Notes: generated by a model from the letters alone, not told the origin. Counted from the first letter of the stretch, positions 8,683-19,671 are shown. The stretch is 64,000 nucleotides of DNA from an uncultured Methanobrevibacter sp. (GCF_900319985.1 NZ_ONQL01000001.1); one strand, 5' to 3'. Program-made: numbers and translations.

Positions 8683-11426
8683 TTTTCACAAAATTAAAGT
8701 TAATTAATTTTAAATCTCATGAAAACACTACCATAAATTTCGATAAGGGTATTAGTGTTATTGTTGGAGAAAATGGTGCTGGAAAATCCACTATACTGGA
8801 AGCTATTAGCTTTGCACTGTTCAAACAGTATACTGCTAAAAAAATTGATGATTTGGTACGCAATAATGCAGAGTCAATGACTGTTGAATTGGAGTTCAGT
8901 TCCAACAATAGGGAATACAGAATCGTACGAGATAAGAAATCTATGTTGAAATCTTCAATTTATAAAAAGACTTCAAAAGAGGGTGGATTTGTTCATATAT
9001 GTACTGGAGATAAGGAAGTAGCTAATGAAATTCGCCAAATTTTGGATATCGATTCTGATTTGTTCCTTAATGCAATTTATATCAGGCAGGGTGAAATTGC
9101 TGATTTGGTTGACAAAAAACCTGCTGAGAAAAAAGAGCTGGTTGCAAAACTGTTGGGAATCGATTCATTGGAAAAGGCCTGGAAAAATTTATTGCCGTTC
9201 ATCACTGTTTATGAAAATCAATTGGCAGAGCTTAAAGGTAAATTATACAACTCCGATGATTTAAAAGAGGAATATAACAAGAAAAAAGATGAACTGGAAA
9301 CTCTTAAGAATAGGGGACATGAACTTGAGGAGCAGATAGAGGACGTTACCACTTCCCTGAAAGATATATCTGAAAGTAAAAGGAATATGGAACGTGAAAA
9401 GGAGATATATGATACTCAGGTCAACAATCTTGAAAATGAACAGAAAACATTGTCCAAGCTGGAAAGTGATAAGAAAGTGGTTCAGGACAATCTGGATAAG
9501 ATTCATGATGCTGAAGAGAAAATCACCCGTTTGGAAAAATATGTTTCAAAACTGGATGTATATCTTGACTTTGAAAAATCAGTTACAAGCATTCAAAGAT
9601 TAAAGAGTGATGAATTGGAAGTTAACAAAAAGCTCGATTCAATCGCTGCTCAAAAGGCAATTGTGGCGGATAAAAAAGAGGAATATAATAAGTTTTTAGC
9701 TTCCGATGAGGAAATTAATAAGCTGAACAATCAAAAAATCAATCTGGAAAAACAGCTGGCTACTTCCGCTAAGTTGGAAAAGGATAAAAAAGAGCTGCTG
9801 TCCCAAATTGAGCACGAAAGAAATGATATTGAAGACTTCTTTTCAAGGTCTAAAGACAAATTGGGTGACTATGGCGTGTCTCAGGATGTCTTGGCTGAAG
9901 TTGATGATTTCAACCATATAGAAAATGTCACAAACGAGTTCATTGAGGAAGTTGCTGGAAACATCAACAAACTGTCCGAAGATATCGTTTCCAAAAAAGA
10001 GGATTTGGTTGAATATAAACAGAATATCAAATCAGCTCAAAAGCCATTGGCTGAATTGGATGAAGTGGACAATAAATGTCCTGTTTGTCAATCCGATATT
10101 AGTTTTGCTCAAAAAACCGAATTGATTGAGGGATATAAATCCATAATCGATGAAAATGAAAAATTAATTGCACAATCAGAAGAAGAGGTTGTTCTATTTG
10201 TCAAAAACAGGGAAAGCTTTGAAGAAAAACAGTCCAAACTTCAAGATTTATCCAAAAGCATTGTTGAATACAAACAGAAATTCACTCATTTGGAAGAAGA
10301 ATTGGTGAAATTAAATGAAATCGATGAAAGCCTTGAATCCAAGGAATATATCAGTGATAAGTTAGGTGAACTTATACTTGTCATCGCTAAGCAAAGAGAT
10401 GATAAGGAAAGTTATAAGGAGTCTTATGATGCATATGTTCAGGCTAAAGGTGCTTTGGATGTTTTAGGCAGCGAAACTGAATCACAATATAAATTAAATC
10501 AGATTAAAAATGAGATAGACAATCATGTTACCAATATCAAATTGGCAATCAATCAGGATCCTCATTTGAGTGGAGACATCAGTACCAATGAACTTCAGGA
10601 CAGAATCAATGATTTGAAACAGAAAAACGAAGAATTTAACCAACTCAAGGGTTTCATCCAAAATAAAAAATCATTGATGTCCCAGCATGATTCTATTAAG
10701 GAGGACATTGGCGTTTCAAGAAATCAGCTTGATATAATTCAAAATAAAATCGATGCGTCTTTATATGATAAAGAGAAATATGAGCAAATTATCTACCGTT
10801 TCGAATTATATGAAAGACGTCAAAATACCTTTAATAATGAGCTTTCAGTGATTAAAGGACGTGCCCGTGAATCCATAGCTTACATTAAAGATTTAAATGA
10901 GAAAATCGTAACTGCCGATATGTTCAAAGAAGAATATGATAATCTTGAAAGTTACATATTCATGTTGAAGAACATTAGGGAATTGTATGGTAAGAATGGA
11001 GTTCAAAAGGATTTAAGAAATATTTCAAGACCTTTAATCCAAAAGTATACCAAGGAATTCTTCAATGAATTCAATTTCAACTATTCAGATTTAACTTTAG
11101 ATGAGGACTATGGCGTCACAGTCTATGGTCCTGAAGGCGAATCCTCAATGACTATGGTCAGCGGAGGGGAGAAAATAGCTATTGCATTAGCCTTAAGATT
11201 AGGTATCACTCAGGCTATTGCAAAAGGAGATTTGGATACAATATTGTTGGATGAGCCAACTATTCATTTGGACAGTTCAAGAAGGCATGAACTTATCAAT
11301 TTATTAAAGGAAATGTCTTTATTGCCGCAAATGATAATTGTAACTCACGAAAGTCAGCTTGAAAATGCAGCTGACAATATTATAAAAGTTGAAAAAGAAA
11401 ATGGTATTTCAAAAGTCATGATGTAA
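8679..11426 (+). CDS. rad50: DNA repair ATPase Rad50
   Basis: GENGAGKS, Q-loop YIRQGEI, coiled coils, CPVC zinc hook, SGGEK signature, LLDEPT. Confidence 0.96.
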   Translation: MIFTKLKLINFKSHENTTINFDKGISVIVGENGAGKSTILEAISFALFKQYTAKKIDDLVRNNAESMTVELEFSSNNREYRIVRDKKSMLKSSIYKKTSKEGGFVHICTGDKEVANEIRQILDIDSDLFLNAIYIRQGEIADLVDKKPAEKKELVAKLLGIDSLEKAWKNLLPFITVYENQLAELKGKLYNSDDLKEEYNKKKDELETLKNRGHELEEQIEDVTTSLKDISESKRNMEREKEIYDTQVNNLENEQKTLSKLESDKKVVQDNLDKIHDAEEKITRLEKYVSKLDVYLDFEKSVTSIQRLKSDELEVNKKLDSIAAQKAIVADKKEEYNKFLASDEEINKLNNQKINLEKQLATSAKLEKDKKELLSQIEHERNDIEDFFSRSKDKLGDYGVSQDVLAEVDDFNHIENVTNEFIEEVAGNINKLSEDIVSKKEDLVEYKQNIKSAQKPLAELDEVDNKCPVCQSDISFAQKTELIEGYKSIIDENEKLIAQSEEEVVLFVKNRESFEEKQSKLQDLSKSIVEYKQKFTHLEEELVKLNEIDESLESKEYISDKLGELILVIAKQRDDKESYKESYDAYVQAKGALDVLGSETESQYKLNQIKNEIDNHVTNIKLAINQDPHLSGDISTNELQDRINDLKQKNEEFNQLKGFIQNKKSLMSQHDSIKEDIGVSRNQLDIIQNKIDASLYDKEKYEQIIYRFELYERRQNTFNNELSVIKGRARESIAYIKDLNEKIVTADMFKEEYDNLESYIFMLKNIRELYGKNGVQKDLRNISRPLIQKYTKEFFNEFNFNYSDLTLDEDYGVTVYGPEGESSMTMVSGGEKIAIALALRLGITQAIAKGDLDTILLDEPTIHLDSSRRHELINLLKEMSLLPQMIIVTHESQLENAADNIIKVEKENGISKVMM

Positions 11427-11453
11427 TATCATTACTTTTTTTTATTTTTTTTT

Positions 11454-11849
11454 TTACATTGTTTCATGGGCATTTTTGATGGAGTCGATTATACAGTTTG
11501 CATTCCATCCAACGATGGTTGCCGCTTTTTCTTCAAGTATTTCAGGAACTTCTTCAACTCCATAAGGTCTTACTAGAATTATTGGAATATCATATTTTTC
11601 ACTGGCATCCAAAAGACTTTCAAACAGTTCCTTATTGTCGTTATACAATCCGGATAACATTATTATTCCGTCAACTTTTTTGTAAAACACTTCACCTGCT
11701 CTAGAATAATCTCCAGACATGGATTCTTTCCACAGAAAATCAACTTTTGAATATAACTTTTCGGTAAACTGGGCGTATTCTCTATTTTTGTCGATACCGT
11801 TAGTGATTATGAGATTGTAAATTTTGTCATCTTTTTCGTCTTCAAACAT
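11454..11849 (-). CDS. TIR-like domain protein (DUF1863/MTH538 family)
   Basis: PIILVRPYG.EEVP.IL...A.TIVGWN..CI.DSIK pattern. Confidence 0.7.
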   Translation of the reverse strand: MFEDEKDDKIYNLIITNGIDKNREYAQFTEKLYSKVDFLWKESMSGDYSRAGEVFYKKVDGIIMLSGLYNDNKELFESLLDASEKYDIPIILVRPYGVEEVPEILEEKAATIVGWNANCIIDSIKNAHETM

Positions 11850-11964
11850 TTTAACACCTTGCTTTTAATATAATCATTATAATATAAAAGAATTTGTTTT
11901 GCAAATATTTATTAATTTTAAAGTAGTATCTAATGTATAGAACTATTTGTATAAGGAAATTTTT

Positions 11965-13251
11965 ATGAAAGCTGCAGTAATTGGATTGGGTGTAGAAGGA
12001 AAAAAGGCAGTAAACTCTCTTTTAAATCATGGATGGGAAGTTTATGCTACTGATTTAAATATTAATGTCGATTTAGAAGGTTTAAATTTACCACGCTTGT
12101 CAATGAACATGTTGGACAGTGAACAGACTGTTTCTATTGTGGGTGATAATTTAACAGTTGATTTGGGGTTCACCAACTCATATGCTGTTGAACAGTGTGA
12201 TGCAATTGCCATTAGTCCCAGCATGTTTGGCGGAGCATTTGCAGAAAAGCTGCTTGAAAATGGATATCTACTGAGTGATGTAGTAAACAAACACAAAGAG
12301 CTGTTCACTATAGGGATAACCGGCACCAATGGAAAGACCACTACAGTTCACATGTTGAAAAACATTTTGGAAAATGCCGGAAAAAAAGTATTGGTCGGAG
12401 GAAACGGCGGCGGCGGTTTTTCAGGATATTATGATTTGATGCTTGAAGCAGAAAATGGTGATTATGATATTCTACTTGTCGAAGTGTGCGATATGACTCT
12501 TGACTTTTGCAAATACTGCTTTGATTTTGATTTTATTGGCCTTACAAATATAGGCAATGATCATATGGATGTCCATAAAACCATTGCCAATTATAAAAAT
12601 TCATTAGTTCGCTTTTTTGAGGGTACAACAATATTCACAGCTTTCAATCAGGATTTCAATAGTGATTTTAAAGAATCTGCTAGTAAATATATTCCTTATT
12701 TTGAATATCAAGATGAATTGAAGGTTTACGGTAAATTCAATTTGCTTAATGCAGGATTGGCGGCCGCCATTTCAAAGGAGCTGAAAGTGCCTAAGGATGT
12801 TATCAAATCCACCCTTTCACAGTTCAAGGCAGTTCAGGGAAGATTGGACGTATATAGAATAAATGATGCTCATGTTTATGTTGGAAAAACCGATAATTCG
12901 GATGCTTTGGCTTCAATATTGTCTGAAAGGGATTTCTATGCGATATTTATAGGCACTCCTAGACATAATGAGGAGCACCGGCTGGATATTCTTGATGAGG
13001 CTGTCAAGTATAATCCTGAAGTCATTGTCCTGTTTCCTGGTTTGGATGATACATTGGACATTGCGATGTATAGGTTGAATTCACTTGGCTATGGTGGTAA
13101 TATCATAACTGTCAACTCACTTGATGAAATAATTGAACTTGTTGCAGAATATTCTCATGAGGATGCAATACTTATAGGTGGTAATGGTCAAGATGTAATT
13201 ATTGACATTCAAGAAAGAATTAAGTTGATTTCTGAAAAATTATCACAATAA
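11965..13251 (+). CDS. Mur-ligase family protein (probable pseudomurein peptide ligase)
   Basis: VIGLGVEG Rossmann N-terminus; GITGTNGKTTT P-loop; TNIGNDHMDVH; GRL. Confidence 0.9.
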   Translation: MKAAVIGLGVEGKKAVNSLLNHGWEVYATDLNINVDLEGLNLPRLSMNMLDSEQTVSIVGDNLTVDLGFTNSYAVEQCDAIAISPSMFGGAFAEKLLENGYLLSDVVNKHKELFTIGITGTNGKTTTVHMLKNILENAGKKVLVGGNGGGGFSGYYDLMLEAENGDYDILLVEVCDMTLDFCKYCFDFDFIGLTNIGNDHMDVHKTIANYKNSLVRFFEGTTIFTAFNQDFNSDFKESASKYIPYFEYQDELKVYGKFNLLNAGLAAAISKELKVPKDVIKSTLSQFKAVQGRLDVYRINDAHVYVGKTDNSDALASILSERDFYAIFIGTPRHNEEHRLDILDEAVKYNPEVIVLFPGLDDTLDIAMYRLNSLGYGGNIITVNSLDEIIELVAEYSHEDAILIGGNGQDVIIDIQERIKLISEKLSQ

Positions 13252-13315
13252 TGGTAATGTATATATATTATGTCAAATATAAAAATTAGTGTTATTTAGT
13301 TAATGGTGTATTATA

Positions 13316-14506
13316 ATGAGTAAAAGTTGGAGAAATAAATCAATAACAATAATATTAGTTTTGTTTTCTGTATGTGTTCTTTTATTCGCATTCACTTTTG
13401 TAAATAGTGCTCCTTACACTGGTCAATCTATTGCTGAAACTTATAATTTATCTGTTGGGCAATCTGTCTTTAATGGAGATTCTATTTTAGGTCAGAATAG
13501 GACTATAGAACTTCCTTTCTTATCAAATGTGGGATTCATTGGTCATCAATTATTGGCTTTTGACCTTCATGGAATTCTCATGTCTCTTTCCACTGGTGTA
13601 GTGCCGTTTGATTTTGCAACTGTGTCTAGCGAGGGAATAGATTCATACGGTAGAGCAACAGGAATTGAAGGACCCGGATATTTGACATTTGAAGGAGATA
13701 AATTAGCAGTTAAAGGACCAGACACTTATGTATGGGGATATAGTGCACCATCAAAAGTTTTAACCAAAACCTCTAATGGGGTTGATGTTGTAGATCAGGG
13801 TAAAGTTGTACAATCCGTTCCAGCTGACCAAATTAAGAATTTGAATTTCAATAGTAAGTACTTCAATAATGACACTATTGTAAGCTGGTATAATTATGAT
13901 GCTCAGATAGGAGACAATTTCACTTTGGAAAAAGGTATGACTCATTTTTCCGATGGAAGAAAGGATATTAGTGCAGCTGATGTGCCACGTATTTTCGGTC
14001 AGGATGTTGTTGACTATGCATCCGAATACCCAACAGGATCACCGATTTTGCTTTATTCCGGTAAGTATAAGGAACAGCAGGGTGCTCAAGGTTCCACAAT
14101 TTTCGATTCACACCCAGAATATGGTGATGCAATCCGGGAAATCAATACTGACCAATTTGTAGCGGCATGGGATGGAACTGTCATTCCACCAAATTCCACA
14201 AGCAGTGGTAAGGATTATGTATACTTTGAATCTGCAAACGATGCTTCCGCACCTGGTGGAAGTGCAGCACACGGTGTATGTCCTCCTGCAAGAGCATTAA
14301 GGGATGCTTCTTTATCTGAAGGATTTTCAATGCCTGTAGGTTTGACAATGGATGACAGTGCATTGCAATTCGGATACAATCCTGCAAGTGGTGTTACTGT
14401 AACCAATAATCACACATACCCTGTTAAAATTCATATGTGGACAGAAGGTCAAGGTGTAGGAAAAGGTATTTACTGTACCTACATAAGATATATTCCTGAA
14501 AAATAA
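13316..14506 (+). CDS. Membrane-anchored exported protein with C-terminal VanW-like domain
   Basis: N-terminal TM; HGVCPPARAL ... VTVTNNHTYPVKI resembles the VanW core. Confidence 0.6.
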   Translation: MSKSWRNKSITIILVLFSVCVLLFAFTFVNSAPYTGQSIAETYNLSVGQSVFNGDSILGQNRTIELPFLSNVGFIGHQLLAFDLHGILMSLSTGVVPFDFATVSSEGIDSYGRATGIEGPGYLTFEGDKLAVKGPDTYVWGYSAPSKVLTKTSNGVDVVDQGKVVQSVPADQIKNLNFNSKYFNNDTIVSWYNYDAQIGDNFTLEKGMTHFSDGRKDISAADVPRIFGQDVVDYASEYPTGSPILLYSGKYKEQQGAQGSTIFDSHPEYGDAIREINTDQFVAAWDGTVIPPNSTSSGKDYVYFESANDASAPGGSAAHGVCPPARALRDASLSEGFSMPVGLTMDDSALQFGYNPASGVTVTNNHTYPVKIHMWTEGQGVGKGIYCTYIRYIPEK

Positions 14507-14534
14507 AAATATATCTTATCTTTTTTTTCTTTTT

Positions 14535-15188
14535 ATGTCAATTTCAACTGTTATTACAGCCGCTGGAAAAAATTCTCGAATGAGAAAGGATCAACTTTCC
14601 AGAAATCTAGTTTTAAAAAATAAACTTATTTTGCCGTTCAACGATAAAACTGTTTTGGAGACCACAATTGACAATGCATTATCTGCAAATACTGATGAAT
14701 GTATTGTGGTACTTGGTCATTATGCTAGTGAAATAAAAGAAGCTATAAGCAATAATTATGATGGTGATGTTAAATTTATAGAAAATAATCCTGTTGATGT
14801 AGGTTTATCAACATCTCTTTTTAATGGTTTGTCAAATTCCAGCTGCGATTATGCATTGTGCATAACCGGAGACCAACCTACGGTATCAACTGAAACATTT
14901 AATAGGATGATTGAAATCAGCCAGAATTCTGAAAATCCTGAAAAAACAATATCAATTTTAAGAAGAAGAAAAACAGGATTGTTGGATACTGCTGAGGGAT
15001 TGGGGATGCCTTTTGTAGCTCATAGAAAAAATTTGATGGGCTATCTGGAAAATGAGGACGATAACCTAAATCCGATTCTTAGAAAAATATTTGCTGATGG
15101 TTATACGTTTTACGGAATAAAAGAAAAAAATAAAAAGGAATTGTTGAATATCAATCACTATGAAGATTATTTGAATCTTTTAGATTGA
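14535..15188 (+). CDS. MobA-like NTP transferase (nucleotidyltransferase)
   Basis: ITAAGKNSRM, NKLILP, GDQP, LNIN motifs. Confidence 0.85.
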   Translation: MSISTVITAAGKNSRMRKDQLSRNLVLKNKLILPFNDKTVLETTIDNALSANTDECIVVLGHYASEIKEAISNNYDGDVKFIENNPVDVGLSTSLFNGLSNSSCDYALCITGDQPTVSTETFNRMIEISQNSENPEKTISILRRRKTGLLDTAEGLGMPFVAHRKNLMGYLENEDDNLNPILRKIFADGYTFYGIKEKNKKELLNINHYEDYLNLLD

Positions 15189-15854
15189 TTCTAGTCCGGA
15201 AATAACTTCCTCAATTTTTGCTGCACTGATTCCGACAGCCATTTCATTATCTTTGATATCAGCTGCTTTTCTAGAACCGTCACAGCCTAGTGTAAAGTTA
15301 ATTCCATCTGTAATGTAAGGGTTTGCAAATGCATCTCCGCATAATGATTGGATGCCTGCAAATGAAGGTTCGATTTTTTCACCGGTTTTGTAAACGATAC
15401 TTTGTGCAAGCTTCATTCCACCAACAGGTTCGGTTATGATTTCAATAACGTCTGCTTCGAAATCAGCCTCATCCAATGGCGCATAGATAATTCCCCAATG
15501 TTCATCTTCAATTACTGAAAGTTTGCTTGTTAGATTTTTAGCTGTTTCCAAATCCTGGAATCTGCCCAATGAGAAATATTTTTCACCATTTGCCAATTTA
15601 GGGGGCATGTCTCTAAGTCCGATAGCTCCTGCTCCACCTAAACACATTTGCTGTTCAAGTGTTGAGTAAAATTTATCTCCCAAGGATGCTTTTCTAACCA
15701 TTTCGCAATGTCTGATTTTTTCATCAATTAAGTCATAACCTTCAGGAAGGTCATCTTCAGTTTTGATTAGTTTCATTGCAACAGGTTTTGAATCCAGCTT
15801 AATTTTGCTTTCAATAACCTCACAGTATTTTTGATTTTTCTCTAAATTTGCCAT
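15180..15854 (-). CDS. DUF169 family protein
   Basis: PVAMKL, RHCEMV, CLGG, QSLCGD, TLGCDGSR motifs; start after AGGTG. Confidence 0.85.
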   Translation of the reverse strand: MANLEKNQKYCEVIESKIKLDSKPVAMKLIKTEDDLPEGYDLIDEKIRHCEMVRKASLGDKFYSTLEQQMCLGGAGAIGLRDMPPKLANGEKYFSLGRFQDLETAKNLTSKLSVIEDEHWGIIYAPLDEADFEADVIEIITEPVGGMKLAQSIVYKTGEKIEPSFAGIQSLCGDAFANPYITDGINFTLGCDGSRKAADIKDNEMAVGISAAKIEEVISGLESI

Positions 15855-15880
15855 AAATAACACCTAGATTTATTTTTGTA

Positions 15881-17107
15881 TTAAGGAATTTTAAAGTCTT
15901 TTGTTTTGTTTTTGTTGTTTTTGCAGAATGTTCTGAAATCACATGCTGTACATGTTCTCTCATCTGCTTCGGCTTTCCATGCATCCTGAATTTTATTTCC
16001 CTTCATTTCCTTTATTAGGGATTCTTCTATGTCATAAACAACTTTGTCAAATTTTTCAAGGGAGTTGTCAATTTCTGTTTTGTCGATATTGATGATGCGT
16101 ATTGAACGATTTAATTTGAACTCATTGCTCAGCTCGGGAGCCTTGTCGTCTTCTTGCCAATTGGTTATCAAATCGAAATCCCTTTCGTATTTTTCAAGTG
16201 TTTCATCATCAATCAATCCATTTTCCATCTCTTCTTTGATTAACATCAGGTCTTCTTTTGACGGAACGAGCTCATTCAAATAGAATATTATTCCTGCATA
16301 AATTGATTTCGAATCTTCCTGTTGTGACCTGAGCCAGGAATATGTCAATATCTGTTGTTTATGGCTTTCCCATTTGTTTTCGGATTTGGGATCGTCAACT
16401 TCTATTGCAGGCCTTTTCATACCCTTATAATCAATAATAATTTCATATTCGTCCCTGTCTTTTGATTCATTTATCCTTTTTTGAAAATCATTATTTTTCT
16501 TCAGTATTTCAATAATCTTGTTGTTATAATTGTCCAGGTTAGTTTGTTCCAGGGTATTATTGATTTTCATTGAAGTCAATACATCAACAACCCCATTTAT
16601 TCCATAGTAATTTGACCGGCTTCTATTTTTGTCATATTGGGGCATATTTCGAATTCCTTTGATTAGAAGCTCTGATGAGTCAATTAATGGAAAGAGATGT
16701 TTTCCCCAAATGTTGATGGCCTTTTCTGCTCTGGCGCTTGCTAACTTTTTATGGTCGTGTTCATTCAGGTTTGTATCCTCATTATTGACTGAACTGAAGA
16801 ATAAATCTTCATCATGGGGGTAAAGCCCTCTTGCCTGAAGTCTTAAATCGATTTGCTCTTCTATAGGTCTTATGTCCTCAAGCCAGTCCCATGGAAACTC
16901 TGTTTTTTTCTGTTTCCATTGGATAAATGCTTCTTCCATTACACCATGGATAAACTCTCCAAACCATCTTTGAACAGGCTTTGAAGGGGGCAGGGTACCC
17001 TTATTCTGATATCTGTATTGCAGATTGCAGGTTAGAAATGACAGTAAATCTCCGGTCAGACTGTATTCGGGAATCATGTATGCTTTTGATCTTGATGGTA
17101 ATTTCAT
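15881..17107 (-). CDS. PD-(D/E)XK nuclease, AddB/Cas4-like, with four Fe-S cysteines
   Basis: FLTC, GEFIH, GVVD, IIDYKG, QILTY, C-terminal CTACDFRTFC; ATG 17107 after GAGGAG. Confidence 0.88.
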   Translation of the reverse strand: MKLPSRSKAYMIPEYSLTGDLLSFLTCNLQYRYQNKGTLPPSKPVQRWFGEFIHGVMEEAFIQWKQKKTEFPWDWLEDIRPIEEQIDLRLQARGLYPHDEDLFFSSVNNEDTNLNEHDHKKLASARAEKAINIWGKHLFPLIDSSELLIKGIRNMPQYDKNRSRSNYYGINGVVDVLTSMKINNTLEQTNLDNYNNKIIEILKKNNDFQKRINESKDRDEYEIIIDYKGMKRPAIEVDDPKSENKWESHKQQILTYSWLRSQQEDSKSIYAGIIFYLNELVPSKEDLMLIKEEMENGLIDDETLEKYERDFDLITNWQEDDKAPELSNEFKLNRSIRIINIDKTEIDNSLEKFDKVVYDIEESLIKEMKGNKIQDAWKAEADERTCTACDFRTFCKNNKNKTKDFKIP

Positions 17108-17118
17108 GTTCGGTCTCC

Positions 17119-19590
17119 TCAAATTAGATAAATTTCCTTAAATCCAACGTATTTTTCATCTCTGCTCCATCCAAGAGCAATATTCGGTATGTCAAAGTGG
17201 TCATTTTTCTTGTTATATCCTTCAATTGCAGAATTGAGGCCGATTAATAATAGGACGCTTTCGGCTCTTGAAAATGCAACGAAATAAAGTCTTGTCAAAT
17301 CATCAAATGACCTGTCTTTTTCACTTCTTTCACTTTCTCCAAGCACGCTATATTGTCTGATGCTGTCTTCGATTGTCTTTTTATCAGGTAACATTTTTGG
17401 AAATCTCAAACGTTGGGTTTTGATGTCATTTGTTTTGAATCTGGAACCTACATCAACAATCACAAGTGGAAATTCCAACCCTTTTGACTGATGAATTGAC
17501 AATACGTTGATTCTATCGTCGGGTAAAGTTTCCAGAAGCGATTCGTCAATGCTGACTCCGCCTGTAGAAATTGGTATGAATATGTTCCATATGGCCTCAA
17601 GAACAGATTCTCTCTCCTGATTTGGATTTCTGAATGAAATTGTTGAATGATAATCATTGAAAAATCCTGTTTGGGTAATGGATTTGGTTATTGCTTCCAG
17701 GTATACAATTCCCTCAACATCCTCCTGCAATTCCTCTATCCATGTTGTTAGCTTGTATGCAAGTTCCATCAAACTTGCAGTTTTTGGCCATTTCTGTTCG
17801 ATGTCATTGATTCTTTCAGGGTAGGGTCTTCTAAGCTGCCAGCGGGTCACAAAATCATTTAAAGAAATGGGTTCTCGAGGTTTAGGATTTAATTTGATGA
17901 ATTCTTTTGCTTTCATTCTCCATCTTATCATATTTCTTTTTGCCAGATTTGGGATTGTTTTGTCTGAATTTTGAATTCCACCTTCGGGGTCAATACATTC
18001 AAGAATCAAACCGCAAAATATCGCAACAACGTCAATATCCTGCAAATCAATTCCTCTGGGATTAAACATTTCAATTGGATTTCTGAGCCTTTTAAGATTT
18101 TTTCTCAGGTGGTGGAGAAATGAACGCTTTCCGTATTGTATTTCTTTTGGTGAATAAGATAGGATGGCAATGTCTGAAGCAGATCCGTAATCACTGTCCA
18201 ATTTGAGTTTTATTTTCTCTTCCTTTTTACAGGCTTTTACGGAGTCCTGTTTGATTTTCTGCAGATTTGCAATGTTGATTGCACCGTTTACCTTTTTGTA
18301 GTATTTCTCATTTAAAACCTGCAGAACTTTTATTTCAGCTTCTCCTTTGTTCACTAGCTTGTCAATTAATCGTGATAAGTCACTTGCCAGCATCTCTGGA
18401 TTGTTTCGAAACATTCCTAAAATAGGCATCTTATCTCTATCAAAGTCAGGGGCAATGATTTTTGGCTTGTTTTCTACTCTGGCCTGCTGATATTCGTTGT
18501 CAAGTTCAGCAAATTGGTTGCAATGGTCTATGATGTTTTCAGTTGACCTGTAATTGGTAGTTAGATTAATTTCCTCCACATCAATTCCCAGTCGATTTTT
18601 CACCCGTTTTTCATAATTAGTGAAGAGGTCAACGGTAGCTCCTCTGAATCTGTACAGTGACTGGTCGTCGTCACCGACCACGGTAATGTTTCCTTCGTTT
18701 TCCAATGCAGATTTGGCTATTGTGAAGTAGATGTCTTCCTGGATTAGATTGGTGTCCTGATATTCGTCAATCAAAACAATTCTGATTTCATCTAAAAACA
18801 TGTCCAGCTCATTGCTTTTTAGTTTTTTAAGAAATTTGGACTCAAGCATTGCAAAATCAATGGTGTTCCTGTCTTTTAATGTTTTCTGATATTCTTTTAT
18901 ACAGTCAAGGGCTAATCTCTGACCGCTTTTTTCCTGTGTTTTAGCATATAATTCATTGAAGTCAATTTGGTCGTAAAAAAGCCTATTTTTTATTTCCATA
19001 AGAATTTCGCTCATTTTTGATGGTTCCTCCAATTTAGGCTTTCCGCTCAAATCCTTTAAGTATTCGACCAGATTCTTGTTGAGATATTTCTCATCTTCAA
19101 TTAGAATTTTAATCATTGCGGAATTGGCGACAAATTCTTCAATAACTATTGACTGATTTTCTCCAGGTTTTTTATGGTCTCTAAGTAATTCTTCAGCTAT
19201 ACTATCTGTGGTTCCAAGTGTTATCTGGTTGAAATCAATCCTTTCTATTTTTGCAAGCTTTGCACCGGTTTCAAAACTCCCGTCACAGTATTTATCTTCA
19301 AGATGGGTTTTTATTTCATCACCCCATCCAAGGATTCTTGAATACAATTCATCAGCAGCTTTTTTTGTAAATGTTGTTGCTAAAATTTCAGAGGGGTCTA
19401 TTCCATCTACAAAAATGTATTTTAATATTTTCAATACCATTACGGTTGTTTTTCCAGATCCGGGTCCTGCAACAATAAACAGGGACTTGTCAGGTTCAGA
19501 TAAAATAGCCTTTTGTTGTTGTTTATTTGAAGAGATGTCTCTTTTAAGGATATTTACAATTATGTCTTCAAATTCTTCATATGAAATCAT
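17119..19590 (-). CDS. UvrD/PcrA/Rep family SF1 DNA helicase
   Basis: AGPGSGKT, TFTKKAA, IDEYQD, VGDDDQSLYRFRGA, NYRS, SIHQSKGLEF, YFVAFSRA. Confidence 0.95.
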   Translation of the reverse strand: MISYEEFEDIIVNILKRDISSNKQQQKAILSEPDKSLFIVAGPGSGKTTVMVLKILKYIFVDGIDPSEILATTFTKKAADELYSRILGWGDEIKTHLEDKYCDGSFETGAKLAKIERIDFNQITLGTTDSIAEELLRDHKKPGENQSIVIEEFVANSAMIKILIEDEKYLNKNLVEYLKDLSGKPKLEEPSKMSEILMEIKNRLFYDQIDFNELYAKTQEKSGQRLALDCIKEYQKTLKDRNTIDFAMLESKFLKKLKSNELDMFLDEIRIVLIDEYQDTNLIQEDIYFTIAKSALENEGNITVVGDDDQSLYRFRGATVDLFTNYEKRVKNRLGIDVEEINLTTNYRSTENIIDHCNQFAELDNEYQQARVENKPKIIAPDFDRDKMPILGMFRNNPEMLASDLSRLIDKLVNKGEAEIKVLQVLNEKYYKKVNGAINIANLQKIKQDSVKACKKEEKIKLKLDSDYGSASDIAILSYSPKEIQYGKRSFLHHLRKNLKRLRNPIEMFNPRGIDLQDIDVVAIFCGLILECIDPEGGIQNSDKTIPNLAKRNMIRWRMKAKEFIKLNPKPREPISLNDFVTRWQLRRPYPERINDIEQKWPKTASLMELAYKLTTWIEELQEDVEGIVYLEAITKSITQTGFFNDYHSTISFRNPNQERESVLEAIWNIFIPISTGGVSIDESLLETLPDDRINVLSIHQSKGLEFPLVIVDVGSRFKTNDIKTQRLRFPKMLPDKKTIEDSIRQYSVLGESERSEKDRSFDDLTRLYFVAFSRAESVLLLIGLNSAIEGYNKKNDHFDIPNIALGWSRDEKYVGFKEIYLI

Positions 19591-19650
19591 TTTTTCCCTC
19601 TTTGCATATATTTATTAATTTATGTTATTATGTTATTAATAAATAATAAG

Positions 19651-19671
19651 TGAGAGTCCATTTGAAAAGTA
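19651..19671 (-). promoter_or_regulatory. Repair-gene box copy 3 (TACTTTTCAAATGGACTCTCA) upstream of the UvrD-nuclease operon
   Basis: Minus strand: TTTTC starts at 19668; TTTATTAA starts at 19643 (25 nt). Confidence 0.72.

Noticed and set aside
15881..17107. Cas4 or CRISPR-associated call
   Set aside because: No cas1/cas2 or repeat-spacer array in the window; linkage to UvrD fits an AddB-like nuclease
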